Shown: positions 18,310-19,610 of the stretch, one piece after another
How positions within the stretch are numbered: position 1 is the stretch's first letter
Layout: every line of letters begins with the position of its first letter
Assembly (NCBI GenBank): GCA_964452145.1
Contig: CAYVLA010000009.1
Coordinates: 1 to 19,610, forward strand
Direction of reading: 5' to 3'
Origin: Candidatus Hadarchaeota archaeon
Lineage (GTDB): Archaea > CAYQAE01 > CAYVLA01
DNA: 19,610 bases
Translations under genes and position numbers: made by a program
The notes under the pieces: model-generated
The model's database searches: none
Told to the model about the DNA's origin: nothing
What the model saw: only the letters and a program-made list of their open reading frames with translations

Positions 18310-19610
18310 CTAGGCATCGGCGGACTGGGTTGTCGAGGCAATGACCTTCGCCGTACCCGAATCATCAAGAAACGATCTGTGGAAATAGTAGATATTGCCG
18401 TTCTCTGCCCCGACGATGAGGTCAAGCTCGCCGTCGCCGTCCCAGTCCACGGCATGGGGCGAGCAGCAATGCCCGCCCAAGTCGATTGGCTCCTCGCCAT
18501 GGATTCTGACGGGGACGGGCCTCGCGAAGATCGGCTTGTCACAGCTTCCCACATTCTCCATGAAGAGAACTGATGTGTGGGTGAGTCCAAGGCTCTTAAG
18601 CAGGGGGGTCGCCTCGTGAGCCCCGAAGACTATGTCCCAGTCCCCGTCGCCATCCCAGTCGGCCCCACAAAGCTGCGTGCGCCCGACGTTGCCACCTACG
18701 CTGTCCAACTTTATCTGGGATCCGTCTACGTATCTTGGTCGGACCCCTTTTCCCATCACGAGACGGCCGGAATGACGCCGCCTCCAGTGAATCGTCAGGT
18801 ACCCTTCGCCATCGAGACAGACGTAGTCGGCGAGCCCATCGCCATCGAGATCGGCCGCAATGGGCCTAGTCCTCCACACCGTCCTGAGCCCTCGCCCCTG
18901 AACCCTAATCGGCTTGGGCACGTCAAGGACGGGCTTCCCCGGTCTGCCCACGTTGCGGTAGAAGAGATGTTCTCCCTTCACGTCGCTCAGCAGGATGTCT
19001 TTAAGGCCATCTCCGTCCCAATCACAGACGACGGGACAGGTGTATCCCCACTTGGCCTCGTTGGGGCCCTGGATCGACCCTCGCCGGCCGGCCTGTATCC
19101 TGATGATGCGGCCTCCGGCCTTCATCCTCACGCAATCGGCGAACCTCGGCCGCCGCCGGGTTCCCGTGTTCTCGAAGTACTCAACATAGCCGGCCGCGCA
19201 ACCCACTATCAGATCAAGGTCTCCATCGTCATCCCAATCCACTGCGCTCGGAACCGCCGCGACGCCGGTTCCTAGAAAGGGATTGCGCTGCTTCACCGGC
19301 TCGGGCCTGCGAAACGTCGGCCGGCCTTCCTGCAACCCAACGTGTTTGCAGAAATACACGTATCCATCCTCCGACCCGAAGACCAGATCGGGTGTGCCGT
19401 CCTCGTCCAGATCGCAGATGATCGGTTCGGTCATGCACTGGGGGTTCCTGAGGATCTCTCCGTCCGCCTGTCTTAGGGGAACGCCCTTTCTGAGCCGTGG
19501 ATGGCCAGAACGGCGGACGTTCTCGAAGTACATTATCTGGTCCAGGTGGAGTCCGAAGACGATGTCGATGTCTCCGTCCCCCTCAAGCTCGGCGGCCGGG
19601 GGGGGGGGGG
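18310..19610 (-). CDS. FG-GAP/VCBS repeat beta-propeller protein, 5'-partial
   Basis: Repeated D(W/L)D.DG..D(L/I)..G motifs: six clear copies plus a seventh (ELEGDGDIDIVFG) upstream of Met 19533. The frame stays open to the window end. Confidence 0.9.
   Translation of the reverse strand, partial: PPPPAAELEGDGDIDIVFGLHLDQIMYFENVRRSGHPRLRKGVPLRQADGEILRNPQCMTEPIICDLDEDGTPDLVFGSEDGYVYFCKHVGLQEGRPTFRRPEPVKQRNPFLGTGVAAVPSAVDWDDDGDLDLIVGCAAGYVEYFENTGTRRRPRFADCVRMKAGGRIIRIQAGRRGSIQGPNEAKWGYTCPVVCDWDGDGLKDILLSDVKGEHLFYRNVGRPGKPVLDVPKPIRVQGRGLRTVWRTRPIAADLDGDGLADYVCLDGEGYLTIHWRRRHSGRLVMGKGVRPRYVDGSQIKLDSVGGNVGRTQLCGADWDGDGDWDIVFGAHEATPLLKSLGLTHTSVLFMENVGSCDKPIFARPVPVRIHGEEPIDLGGHCCSPHAVDWDGDGELDLIVGAENGNIYYFHRSFLDDSGTAKVIASTTQSADA
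19598..19610. other. Terminal poly-G run, probable sequencing/assembly artefact
   Basis: 13 consecutive G at the very end. The adjacent FG-GAP repeat also looks degraded (ELEGDG where DLDGDG is expected). Confidence 0.75.

Noticed and set aside
19598..19610. Poly-G as a G-quadruplex or phase-variation tract
   Set aside because: It sits at the extreme sequence end beside apparently degraded codons, which fits a two-colour sequencing artefact better.

Overview
GC-rich (roughly 60% by eye) prokaryotic fragment with 14 supportable CDSs, probably archaeal. The evidence is TATA/BRE-like motifs before most transcription units, GGAGG/GAGGT ribosome-binding sites, a UPF0282-type MBL hydrolase and a stand-alone Lrp/AsnC ligand-binding protein; the exact lineage cannot be read from the sequence. 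The left part looks catabolic: a partial TIM-barrel-like hypothetical, a Cys-tailed Lrp/AsnC protein, an IolE-like sugar-phosphate isomerase, a UROD/MtaA-family protein, a PHP hydrolase, an MBL hydrolase and a GH4 glycosidase. The middle encodes exported or membrane-anchored proteins. The largest is a ~1620-aa secreted protein (3x CARDB, Ig-like domains, CWB2-like repeats, gingipain-type C25 peptidase) whose protease domain appears interrupted by a 7-repeat beta-propeller, followed 4 nt later by a membrane-anchored Ig-like protein. The right end has mdh and a partial FG-GAP repeat protein running into a poly-G tract that is probably an artefact. I found no rRNA, intact tRNA, CRISPR array or mobile element. 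All family calls come from motif recognition, not database searches.
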